Shown here: positions 26,466 through 38,666 of the stretch, in pieces | Position numbering within the stretch: position 1 is the first letter of the stretch | Layout: each line of letters begins with the position of its first letter | NCBI RefSeq assembly: GCF_006345805.1 | Contig: NC_042999.1 | Location: 146,692,001-146,756,000 of the forward strand | Source of the DNA: Octopus sinensis | Lineage: Eukaryota | DNA: 64,000 nucleotides | Reading direction: 5' to 3' | The notes under the pieces: generated by a model | Database searches by the model: none | The model's input: only the letters and a program-made list of their open reading frames with translations | Told to the model about the DNA's origin: nothing | Position numbers and translations under genes: made by a program

Positions 26466-28656
26466 ATTTGTCTATGTTTTAATGTTCATTGATCATGAGT
26501 TGATTCGCTCAAACAAATCTGTTTCAAATGTTTTATGAGATATAATTATCTTAACATACATATAAAAGTACATGTTAGCATTCGATCTTTTCTCAATACC
26601 TTAATCATTTCCTGTGGAAATCATTATAGAAACAAGCAGATGATTATAGTTTAAATCAATGGTAAATGCTACGGAATGTAGATTCTACGCAATATTCGTC
26701 TAATAATAATATTGAAATAGCTCCAAAGTATACTCGTGTTAGATATTGAACTAAAGTAAGGTAAATTCTCATAAATTATGTCACAAATCAACAACACCAT
26801 CCTATGAAATCTAAAACTCGCAAAATACATATTCTATTATTTCACTGATGAACTCATTAAATTTCAGACTTTGTATCTTAGTATATGTGTTTCACACACA
26901 TACTTCAACGGGGAGGTTGGCGTGCAAAAACTTCACATCTAAATTGAAATTCCTTTATACCCCAGCTGTAATGTGAGGCAGGTAAGCGTTATGTCTTAGG
27001 TTATCATAAACTATCAGATCAGTACTAAGCTCCAACTGAGATTTATAATTACGTTACAAAACCCATCGCATGATATTGCTTTGTCATTGTCAATAAATCT
27101 TTCTCTTTTTAACGGTAACTAAATATTTGATATTTTCATGGGGAAAATAAATAGCTACGAGTATCGCCGTGATTAATATAAAATAACATCAAACAAGTGT
27201 TGCAGCGATGTTATGCTGCAAGCCTTCAAAGGGCTTTTGCCGCCTTTGACAGAATACTTCTGTGAATGGAATGCCCTAGTAAATTTTAATTGTCGAAAAT
27301 GCATGTTTACGGTATTAGTATGTGGGAACATTCTGTGCAAATCTAAATTATATTTGTATATCGATTTTGTGGACTTGGACGTAACATGAAGTAGCGGCTA
27401 AAATACAAGACATCTAAGCAACTAATCAGGTTGCACCATTGTGGAGGCATGATAGGTAGTATACGCTATAGTTCGATCTAGATCCATCCATTGTATTCTT
27501 AGATTTGAGGAAATTTTGTTCTCTCATTAAAGAGAAGGCTAATAATCTGTGCGAAATGATACAATAGTGTTTTGATTTCTGTTGTAGAGTGAAACAATTA
27601 GATGTATTCACTTATATTTTATGTTCTTATTTCAGGGATTACGTCAACAGCCCTTTTTGTATTCGTCTATAAACAAGACCATTAACAGTACTTGAAGACA
27701 ACCACACACTCGTTTATAGAATTAGTTTGGATGCGTACGCTTATCATTTCTTCGAAATCGAGAAAAATTCAAATTTACTTGCCTAATGAATTGTGACCCA
27801 ATTAATAAGTCATTATCTATTCGTAGTGACAAATTGTTAAGAAAACTATGAGTTTCACTTCATCATTGACAAGATAAATGAAGCAGACAATAACAATGAA
27901 AAAAGATAATAATGAATCAATTACAAACACAATCATCAGAAGCAGGATATAATGAATATATGGAAATTGTAAAAAAGTAGATTGTAATTGCTGACAGAGT
28001 TTGAAATCGTCAACATTCTCAAGAAGCAAAGAAAGCAAGTTTGTCGGGAAGCATTCATTATATTTCCGAGTACTGTAGATGCATTCAATTCCAACTGGAT
28101 GTTATTTTACTTCAAAATAGAAGCAATAATCTTGGAGAAAATTGTTCATTCATTTATGTATGATTTATATGTTTCAGTTGGGTATGATTTCCATGCGCTA
28201 GTTGGAAAAGGAACATAAGCGAATCAATTACGTTTAGATGTATTTACATTCTCTTTCTATAAGTAGGCCCGCGGGAAAAGCAAACTCCCAGACTTATAAA
28301 AAAACCCAAGCCTTTAGTTTATTGAGATAAGGTCACATTTGTCAATGACTATAAAATATATATGCATTTAATGTTTACCAAAAGTCCTTAATCATAAAAT
28401 ACTTTTGCAATACATATTTTAATTCAGACACTTAGTAGTACTCCATATTTCATTTCAAAAGCATTATATTATAGTAATAATTCAACGATCGACCGGTCTA
28501 TTTAGAACACGGGTGTCCCAAAATTAATATTTAGAGAAAGTACGGTGTCTGCCTTTCACAGTAATATAGCATTCTAATCCAGGCTTCTGAAACTTTAAAC
28601 AAATGTTCTGACTGCTTAAATTTTTGTAGACTTGTGATCAATATTTATGGAGAAAT

Positions 28657-28860
28657 TAAGGCGGCCAGCAGGCAGAATTCTTAACAAAACGCTTAGCGGC
28701 ATTTCGTCAGTCTTTACTTTGGGGGTTCAAATTCCACCGAGGTTGGCTTTGCCTTTCATCCTTTCGTAGTCGATAAAATAAGTACCAGTTAAGCACTGGG
28801 GTCGATATTATCGACTTACTCTGCCCCAGAAATTGTTGGGTTTGTGGCAGAATTGAAAAG
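28657..28860 (+). mobile_element. SINE family B with TSD
   Basis: Same body as 33176-33380. Flanked by CAATATTTATGGAGAAA (28639-55) and CAATACTTATGGAGAAA (28861-77). Confidence 0.85.
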
Positions 28861-30654
28861 CAATACTTATGGAGAAAATTCCAACTATCGCTGGTTTTCA
28901 TATTTTATTTCCTGAATCCCAACCGCAGTGTTTCAATTATAACGCCTGTACATTTATGGGAAGATTGAGTTAAACCTATATTCAGAAAAATTGTTTCATT
29001 AAAAGTATACTATTGAATATTCATCGAAAATAAGATTCTATAAAGAATAAATCTTTCTCCATTTACAAGGTATTTTGTATATGAAATAGGATGGATAAAA
29101 ATATTACTGGTTTTCCCACTTGAATATATGAAAATAGTTTGTATTCTTGAAGATGATAATCAAAATACGAAACGTTTACGAGATGATTCTTTAGCCAATT
29201 AATCGAATAACGGTTACATAAAAATCAATCGTATTTCGATATTGTTTAAGAATACTACTTATAAAATGCCATGGCGCCATAATTTGTGAGTTATAAGAAG
29301 AATTAGAATAATGAAACGCAGATTTGCAAATTCTGAAGCTTCGATATCTAATCAAACAAACTCACTCATTTGAAGCAGGGGAATGGAGCAAATTACTGCT
29401 GTATAAGATAGATTTCCCTGTAGTATTTCTTCTGATACTATGCGCTCTAAGTTCAAACAGACAAGAAGCGATAAAGACACTATTTGACGTAATCAATACT
29501 ACCTCATTTAAGAACTCAAGCGTTCACTAAACTGTAAAATCAGTTATGCTACTATCAGTACCAGTCAAAGGCTGAGGCCACGCTGGGGCACCTCCACTAA
29601 CATCTACCAACCGGCATTATATAATAACATGAAGATGAAAATTCCATCCCAGGAATACAGATCGTGATCTTAAGAGACATGTGATTAGGAGAAACGCGCG
29701 TAGCAATGCGTTTTATTGTTTATACATTCCACCCAAGGATTACTGTTATTATTACTATGCATATACACACACTTAATACCTTAATGTTTCTTTTTTAAGC
29801 TGGGTAACGTTAATCTCAGTTTCATTTTAAACAAAAGAATTGTGTACAGTAAATATAGTTCTACAAGATGAGAGGTAACACATTGACATCGAATTTTCCT
29901 AGCTTTAGTGAAAGCATCTGATGAAAGCTCGAAGGGCCGAAACATTGAAGTCACCTGCACACTTCTTCACGTAAAAGTATAATATAGATACATATACCCA
30001 CCTACATATATTTTGTTTATGTATGTATGTATGTATCCTTGTATGTAAGTATGTATGAATGTATGTATATATGTATACATTTATGTATGCATGTATGTAT
30101 GTATGCATTTATGTATGTATGCATTTATGTATGTATGTATGTATGTATGTATGTATGTGTGGGTGCCTTGTGACTTTGTGCAGAAAGAAACACGAGGTTT
30201 TATTTTAATGGGCAAATCTTTTACGTCATAGTGATTTGATTTAGCAAATATTTCAATAAAAGTTTCCATAACTTTCTGTCGCTTGTTGATCGGTAGGTAA
30301 GTGGTTCATAGAATCTAGCAGTCAAAGTAAAAGTAATTTAATGATCACTCATTTCACGAGAGTCATTAGTGCGACTGATATACTTTGGTCTATTAACGAC
30401 GAATATCAAAAGCACATTTGTCAAATATACGCTGATTTAATTAACTTCTCTCTTATTCAATTACAGTTAGTCCGCACAAATAATCAGTTTGCAATAATGA
30501 CAATGCGCGATAGCATTAAGAGTGTGTTCGGAAATAAAAATAATACTAATCACAAAGACTAACAGTAATGTCTTTTATAGTAGTTGCCTGGGCAGTAAAT
30601 GAGTGATATTATAAACCTCTAACATAGAGGAGATGTCTACACTGATTTCATGAC

Positions 30655-31014
30655 AAACAAGAGCACTCAGAGAACGCAAACCTCCGCTATGGCAAAACCA
30701 ACGTTCTCTCAACGATTAGCCAGAGATGATCTTTTAAATGAAAATATCTTAAATAAATTCTACTGCTCTCACAAACGAGAATATTACAAATGAACCCGAC
30801 CGCTCTCAAAAATTAAGAAAAAACTGAATCCAGAATCTTTGTCCGGTACCGGATCAATCCCAAAATCTAACCGGCTCGTGCCAGTTACGAGCTCAGACAT
30901 CCCTGAAAGTTTCATCCGAATTCATTCAGTGGTTCTTGAGATATCTTGTCCAGGGATAAGCAAACAAACACGAGTGAAGCAATACCCCCACCCCTTCGCT
31001 AAGGTGGAGGTAAT
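30655..31014 (+). mobile_element. Probable Helentron-associated non-autonomous element (HINE/DINE-1-like)
   Basis: 5' subterminal ACCTCCGC (30680-87) is inverted relative to 3' GTGGAGGT. A 3' stem-loop TACCCCCACC/GGTGGAGGTA spans 30983-31012, preceded by a (CAAA)n tract. No ORF. The family call rests on architecture and recalled similarity. Confidence 0.55.
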
Positions 31015-31291
31015 AATAGTGGAATGAAAAGAGCACAGAAGTGGATGTGCACACACTCCAATAGTCAAAGAGAGAGAGAGAGAGAGGGTGTTAGTGAAAG
31101 TGAGAAAGAATGTGTGTGTGAAAAAAAGATAAACATAGTGAAAGAGTGGTTCTCCATATGCGGTCGCTGCTCATATGTATATCAATATATTTCCTGTCAA
31201 AATCTGATTTTTTACCATTTTTAAAATCCTCATGCCGATATCTCCTTACAAAAAGCATATATATAGTACAAGTTCGAACTATTTATTTGGA

Positions 31292-31353
<62 letters not shown>

Positions 31354-31358
<5 letters not shown>

Positions 31359-31750
31359 CTCTCTTTACTCTTTTACTTGTTTCAGTCATTTGACTGCGGC
31401 CATGCTGGAAAACCGCCTTTAGTCGAGCAACTCGACCCCGGGACTTATTCTTTTTGTAAGCCCAGTACTTATTCTATCGGTCTCTTTTTGCCGAACCGCT
31501 AAGTGACGGGGACGTAAACACACCAGCATCGGTTGTCAAGCCAATGCTAGGGGAACAAACACAGACACACAAACACACACACATACATATATTTATATAC
31601 ATATATACGACAGGCTTCTTTCAGTTTCCGTCTACCAAATCCACTCACAAGGCATTGGTCGGCCCGGGGCTATAGCAGAAGACACTTGCCCAAGATGCCA
31701 CGCAGTGGGACTGAACTTACCACACAGCTACTTACCACACAGCCACTCCT

Positions 31751-31755
<5 letters not shown>
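31354..31755 (-). mobile_element. SINE family A (tRNA-like head, CORE-like TTGGGCAAGTGTCTT, internal CA/TA tract), near full length
   Basis: Homologous to copies at 1580-1800, 2452-2735, 4245-4395, 11993-12391 and 15598-15760. It has a small internal deletion/duplication in the head. Confidence 0.85.
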
Positions 31756-31803
<48 letters not shown>

Positions 31804-32375
31804 TATGTATGTCAGTATTTGTGTGCGTGTGTGTGTGAGCGTGTATGTACATTATATATATATATATATATACGCATGTATATACGTACATCATATACAT
31901 ACATACATACATCCGTACATACATATATATGTATATAGTCGAAATTTACAGGAAAACAAAAGATGAAGACAGGTGTATGAACAACAAACAGGTGTATTAG
32001 TTTAACACTTGGAAAAGTGAGAAAGACAGAAAGGAATAAGAGAAAATAAATAAATAAATTTTTAAAAACGTGTGAATTTAGCGATGAAGCATGGCGACTG
32101 GCTGGGGAAAAAGAGTTCGAGAGGAGAGGTAGAAAGAAGGGGAGACAATAAAGTATTAGTAATCCCAAAACGAAAGTGCGCATGCGTTATGCGTATGTGA
32201 GAGTGTGTGTGTGTGGGTAGGGGTGTGGGGTGGTAATGTATGTGCAAGATAGAGGTGTGAGGGTAGGGCTGGGACATGTGGGGTATAAATATATGTATTT
32301 ATATACATGTGTGTGTGTGTAAATATACATATATATATACACACATATGCATATATTTATATATATATAAATATA

Positions 32376-32750
32376 CGAAGGCGCAATGGCCCCAGTGGTT
32401 TGGACAGCGGAGTCGCGTTCGTAGGATCGATGTTTCGAATCCCAGACCGGGCGTTGTGAGTGTTTATTGAGGAAAAACTTTTTCGAGGCTTCGGCAGTGA
32501 GCGGAGGCGATCCCTGCTGTACTCTTTCACCACAACTTTCTCTTTCTTTTTCTTTTTGCTTCCGTTGTACCTGTATTTGAAAGGGCCAGCCATGTCACAC
32601 CCTGTGTCACGCAGAATCTCCCCGAGAACTACGTTAAGGGTACGCTTGTCTGTGGTGTGCTCAGCTACTCGCACCTTAATTTCACGAGCAGGCTGTTCTG
32701 TTTTGGGGATCAACTTGTACCCTCGTCGTCGTAACCGATGGAGTGTCACG
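32376..32750 (+). mobile_element. SINE family C (tRNA-derived head)
   Basis: A-box TGGCCCAGTGG and B-box GTTTCGAATCC. The head is shared with 50955-51230 and the tail with 63391-63716. Confidence 0.8.
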
Positions 32751-32818
32751 ATATATATGTATATAATGTGTATATCTATCTCAATATATTTGTGTGTGTG
32801 TGCGTATATTGATAAAAG

Positions 32819-32853
<35 letters not shown>

Positions 32854-33175
32854 GAAGAGAAAGAGTGAGAGAGAGAAAGACTATTGATAAACATGCTATT
32901 GAAAGTGCTGTTATGAAATGCAATGTTGAAATAAGAGGAATTTAAAGTAAGATTATTGTGGCTCAATTCTTTCTCTTCTGATACCTTTATAAAGAGTTCT
33001 TTCATGTGAAATGATATTTCATATTAGCAAGTACCTCAGTTTTTATGAAAATTTTAACTCTGCATAGTCAATAATATTTAATTTAGCTCAAAATTATGAA
33101 ACGATATGGGATTTAACGTGGTTTGAAATCAGAACAGAAAACTACCAGCCAGTATTGTAATATTGCCACAACTAT

Positions 33176-33380
33176 AAGGCGGCGAGTTCGGTGCTACGTT
33201 AACTCGCCAGGCGAAACGCTTAGCGGTATTTCGTCTGTCTTTACGTTCTGAGTTCATATTCCGCAGAGGTCGACTTTGTCTTTCATCCTTTCGGGGTCGA
33301 TAAATTAAGTACTGGGTCGATCTAATCGACTGGCTCCCATCCCCAAAATTTCGGGCCTTGTGCGTGGAGTAGAAAAGAAT
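33176..33380 (+). mobile_element. SINE family B with TSD
   Basis: ggcggcgag..ttctgagttcatattccg..ctttcatcctttcggggtcgat. Flanked by TATTGCCACAACTA (33161-74) and TATTTCCACAACTA (33380-93). Confidence 0.9.
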
Positions 33381-34249
33381 ATTTCCACAACTAACCCAAT
33401 CTTTCTAATCTTCGTATAAATCCTTGTTTCCAGGCTAGGCATATTGCTTGATAGTATACTTCATCGAACCCTTAAAAGGATAAAAAGCAATGTTCCACTT
33501 CAGCAGAATTTGAACATATAATATAAAGAGTCTGAAGGAATACAAGAATATATTTTTTCAACACTTTAACAATATTGTCCCTCTGCCGCTCTTAGCCTTC
33601 ACTGTAAATATGAATAATTTCTGATCTAGGTAGATGCAATTTACAGAGCAGCGGCTTGTCGACACTGTCACCCCCCCCCCCCAGTAATTGAGTGGTACTT
33701 TTTTATTATCGACTTCGGGAAAAGGACAGAAAAATCAGACCGTGAAGAGCCGCAAAATATACTTCAGAACATATTTTCCGATGATTTAACGGCTCTGCCA
33801 ATTCATCGTTCTTAAAGTTCCCTATAAATGTAATTTAGATTATTCACGATAAATCATTATTTCTGAGCGATAAAGATAACAGAAACAACAAAAAACAAAA
33901 GAGAAAGCTGTTGGTATTTCATAACTTTCTGTAGAATAGATGGGACCCATGATGTTAGGATCATATACAATAGATATTTAGGAAGAATAATACGGGCTCA
34001 ACTATGTATATTCCTGGTGTGTGAGTGAGTGTGTGTATGTGTGTGTGTGTGTGTGCGTGTGTGTGTGTGTGTGAAGACTGATTTTTTCTGATACTGTGAC
34101 AACGCTCAGAAAAGCTTTTCGCATATATTTTTAATGATACACGTTGCCTCCGAGGGCTAACATCAATAAATTGGATACAAGTACCCATCTGCATTCATGT
34201 GTACTCATATTCGCACATCTGTCTGTCTGTCTGTCTGTCTATCTGTCTG

Positions 34250-34321
<72 letters not shown>

Positions 34322-34324
<3 letters not shown>

Positions 34325-35822
34325 GATGATGATGGCAATCCCTCAAGGTCGAGGATGATGGTCTTCGCGCAAATTTACTGGTGAGTCCGTAGGTGACCGA
34401 TAACACCAATTCTTGCTTGAAAAGATCGGTCGCAGTGCGGACATCTTGTGCCGGAAGGGAGAGTCGCACGTGGTTTTTGTTGGCGCTCTTTCCGAAGTCG
34501 TCTTTTCTCCTCCAGCTCTGCAGACCTTTTCGACTCGAAAGTCTCCCCTCTTGGATGGTGGTTTTCCAGAGTGGTCTGTTTTTTGCCGTTTCCTCCCAGT
34601 TAGTGAAGTCGATGTCACACTTTTTGAGGTTTGTTTTCAGGGAGTCCTTGTGCGTTTCTTCTGGCCTCCTTTTTGTACGCTTGCCGTCTTTGAGTTGGGA
34701 GTAGAAGATCTATTTGGGAAGTCGTTCGTCAGTCATTCTAACCACGCTCCATCTTAGTTGGCCTTTGATGACATAGGCTTCGATGCTGGTTATTTTTGCT
34801 TCTTGTAGCACGCTGACGTTTGTTTTTCTGTCTTCCCAGCTGATGTTAAGGATCTTCCGAAGACAGCGTTGGTGAAGTTTCTCGAGCGTTTTCAGGTGGT
34901 GACTATACGTGGTCCAGGTTTCGGATGCGTAAAGGAGGGTTGGAATAATGACTGCCCTGTACACCATGAGTTTGTTTCGGTTCGGATGTCCCGATCAGCA
35001 AAAACTCTTGTTCGAAGCTTGCCGAAAGCTGTTCCTGCACACTTCAGACGGTGTTGGATTTCATCGCTGAGGTCTACCTTTGCTGACAGATGGCTCCCAA
35101 GGTAGCAGAAATGGTTCACATTTTCCAGTGGAATTCCTTCGAGTTGAATCGATGGCGGGTTGTCAACACGGGCATTGGGAGGAGGTTGGTAGAGTAAGTG
35201 AGTCTTCTTGATGTTGATGCTCAGTTCAAGTTTAGTATATGCATGATGAAAAGCATTTAGGATCTGTTGGAGGTGATCCTCTCTGTAAGCTGCTACACTG
35301 TTGTCGTCGGCATATTGGAACTCTAGCAAGCTTCGCACCATTGTCTTTGACGTACTTTTGAGGCGAGCGAGGTTGAAAAGCTTGCCGTCCATTCTGTACA
35401 AGATCTCGATGCCAAGTGGAAGGTCATCTCGTATGATGTGCAACACTGTCGCGATAAAGATGCTAAAGAGAGTTGGCGCTATCACGCAGCCTTGCTTCAC
35501 TCCAGAGGTGACTTTAAAGGGCTCAGAACTGCCTCTGTCGGTCTGGACTCTGGCGTGCATATTGTCGTGGAGGAGTTTAAGGATCCGGATGAACTTATCT
35601 GGGCATCCATACTGGGCGAGAATATCCCAGAGGAGACACGATCAAAGGCTTTGGATAGGTCGATAAAGGCCAAATAGAGCGGTTAGTGTGGCTCACGACA
35701 TTTTTCTTGTAGCTGTCGCAGCGTGAAGATCATGTCGGTTGTGCTTCGTGATGGCCTAAAGCCGTTCTGCGTCTCAGGAAGGATCCTCTCTGACAGCGTT
35801 TTGAGGCGGTTGTTCAGGATGC
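34322..35822 (-). mobile_element. RTE-clade (BovB-like) LINE, 5'-truncated, RT domain to 3' end; disrupted
   Basis: Minus-strand translation gives LNNRLKTLSERILPETQNGFRPSRSTTDMIFTLRQLQEKCRE..FIDLSKAFDRV, GVKQGCVIAPTLFSIF, FQYADD, FCYLGS and IIPTLLYASETWTTY..RLPK (ORFs 34892-35560, 34710-34967). The 3' end is a short (CAT)n tail abutting a (TATC)n array. One stop and at least two frameshifts are visible. Confidence 0.95.
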
Positions 35823-37216
35823 AACAAACTTCAAAAACTTACATATCTATACTTAGTGAATTCGAATTCTATTAGAGTTGATTTCGCATCCTTCCTTCTC
35901 TAGATAAAAAGTGTACAGGTATCGAATCGATATTATCAAACTCTACCCCTTTTTCCCCCCATTCCCGTAAGGATATGTTAGAAATCGAAATTAAATACCA
36001 GATAATATGAATAAAGCTGTTAAATTGATGGCCACATTATTTCCAGGACGAAACAATTGTTAATATATTTTCTCAATGTCAGCGTATACAATATGTCTGT
36101 GGGGAAACGTGTTACTGTATTAAGTTTCCATTTAGTATTTAGATTTTGTCTCGATATCTATATAGCAGGTGCGTTATGATAACAGCTACTCGGCTTTTCA
36201 TATCTGCAGATTTCCAACATATCCATGTAACGAGTAAATGGAACACTGTATAATCTTTGAAAATCAGCCATTCTCAGAAAAATAACAAACAAACCCGAAA
36301 CAGCAAATTTCTTTATAAAATTCTTATTTTTACCCATGCAGAAACGTATATCTGCCTGTCTCTTTCATACAGGTACACATAGACACCCACGCACACACAC
36401 ATATACATATATACACAATATACACATACATATATATGTTTATATATATATATATATACATACATACATACAAACATATTGATATGCGTTTGTGTCTCTA
36501 TGTATGCATGGATGGCATACCGTATAGCAATGATTTACATTTACGTAAGATAAGCATAAAATCTGCTACTTAAATCTGCTATATACAACACAACATAGTA
36601 AAAAAATAGAAGAGAAAATACTCGACAAAACAACATGTTATAGATTTTAAGAGATAATTCCACCCAACGCATTAGTAGGATTGTTATGGAGCTTACTGCT
36701 AAAGGAATAAAGAGACAGATGAAATCATAAAATACCGGGATTGGAAAATAAAAAAAATAGCAATCGATACTAAAAGTGTTGGTTGAAAGTGTGTGGAAAA
36801 TCAGAGTAAAAATTTACGAAATACATTTCGCATTGAAAGATGTTATGAAGAGAGTGTCTAGTTAACACACAACACTGGTCATACACAAACATAGACCGAG
36901 AGACATATGTTAAAGTATGGTTATGTAAGTATATATTTAAATACAAATGGTGTGAGATTTGTGTGCCTGTCACTAAATAAGTAAATGTATGCAAGTGAGC
37001 TTGTGTACTTACGGACTAAGTGAATTGTGTGCAGTAAAGTAGGAGCGCAAAAAATATAAAAGACACCACCTAAAAGTAAGTAGATGTTTTTGTTGACTAG
37101 AAACTTTTATGACTAATATATCATATGGCTTACATGCCTGCACATATACCTATATATATATATATATATATAATATATATATATATATATAGATATATAT
37201 ATATATATATATAAAT

Positions 37217-37341
37217 ATGTGTGCATATCTGTATATATATATATATATATATACATACATATATGTATAGATATATATATATATACATATACATATGTAT
37301 ATATATGTATATGTATATATATACATATATATACATATACA

Positions 37342-37435
<94 letters not shown>

Positions 37436-37556
37436 TGTATGTATGTATATGTATATATATGTATATATATACATATACATATATATACATATGTATATGT
37501 ATATATATATCTATACATATATGTATGTATATATATATATACAGATATGCACACAT
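37217..37556. repeat. Palindrome of about 340 bp built from a compound microsatellite
   Basis: Begins ATGTGTGCATATCTGTAT and ends ATACAGATATGCACACAT. The internal block order (TACA)n..(TA)n..(TGTA)n is mirrored, centred on (TA)n near 37386. Confidence 0.85.
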
Positions 37557-37608
37557 GTAAGTATCTATCTATCTATATAATATATATATATATGTATATA
37601 TACATATA

Positions 37609-37701
<93 letters not shown>

Positions 37702-38530
37702 CGTATATATGTTTGCACATTATGAGCACACAAGCACATATATAAAGCATGCCTATAAGCCTATATACATGTATCGGGATATACGTATATGCACACATAT
37801 ATAAATCCGTATGAAGAAAATTGTTTGACACATCTGTGTGTTTTAAAATTAAAATAGGAAACTGCAGCTCGTAAAATGTGCGATAAAAACGTCAATTTTG
37901 TGAAAGATAGAAATAAGATTAACTATATTTTACAGAGGGAAGTACTTTTTTTACATAGAAAAAATTGTAAGAATCTTTGAATCTTACATATCTAGTGTCA
38001 ATTAACTGTAAATGTTGACAACGGAAGTCCAAACGCTATGTTACACTATCAGCTACAAGATGTAGACACGAAGGTAGCAATGATTTGTCTAATAAAGAAT
38101 TAAGATTCTGTTCTGAAACTTTGTTGAAAAATAGTGCTCTGATATACAACTTAAGAGAAACATGCACCATAGAAGACGTTTAACAATTATTTTTAATTTC
38201 GGCAGAAGGTCAGCTATTTGGAAGTGAATGGATGTTAGTCGACTATATCAATCTCAGCACTTGACTGGTAACATTTTTATCAGGACCAAAAGATAAGAAG
38301 TAGAGCTGGTCTCGGTAGGATTTAAATGCAGAATGCAACGAGTCGAAACGAATCGCACAGTTCAAATTCACTGACGCTCAAATGATTCTGCTAGCACGCC
38401 GCCTTCATTGCACGTTTATTATTTCTACGAATGCTGAAGTAGTGTTGTTTAACACAGACCGAATAGATTTATGATGGGAAGCTTTAAAGTTGCTGTATTC
38501 TCTTCCTTATTTAATACAGCGGAATTTGTA

Positions 38531-38666
38531 TTATTTACATTTGACAGATATTTGTCCTCATCTTGTTTGTTGTTAGCCAGGTTCTTGGGGAACCTGGGTT
38601 CTCATTCATAAATATCCGTCAAATGTACATAATGTACATAGTTCTTCATCTCTTAAATATAGAACA
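38531..38666. mobile_element. Rearranged inverted tail fragments of the same SINE family
   Basis: The minus arm (38531-38607) matches 23840-23950 with the hammerhead segment deleted. The plus arm (38609-38666) matches the distal tail. Confidence 0.7.
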
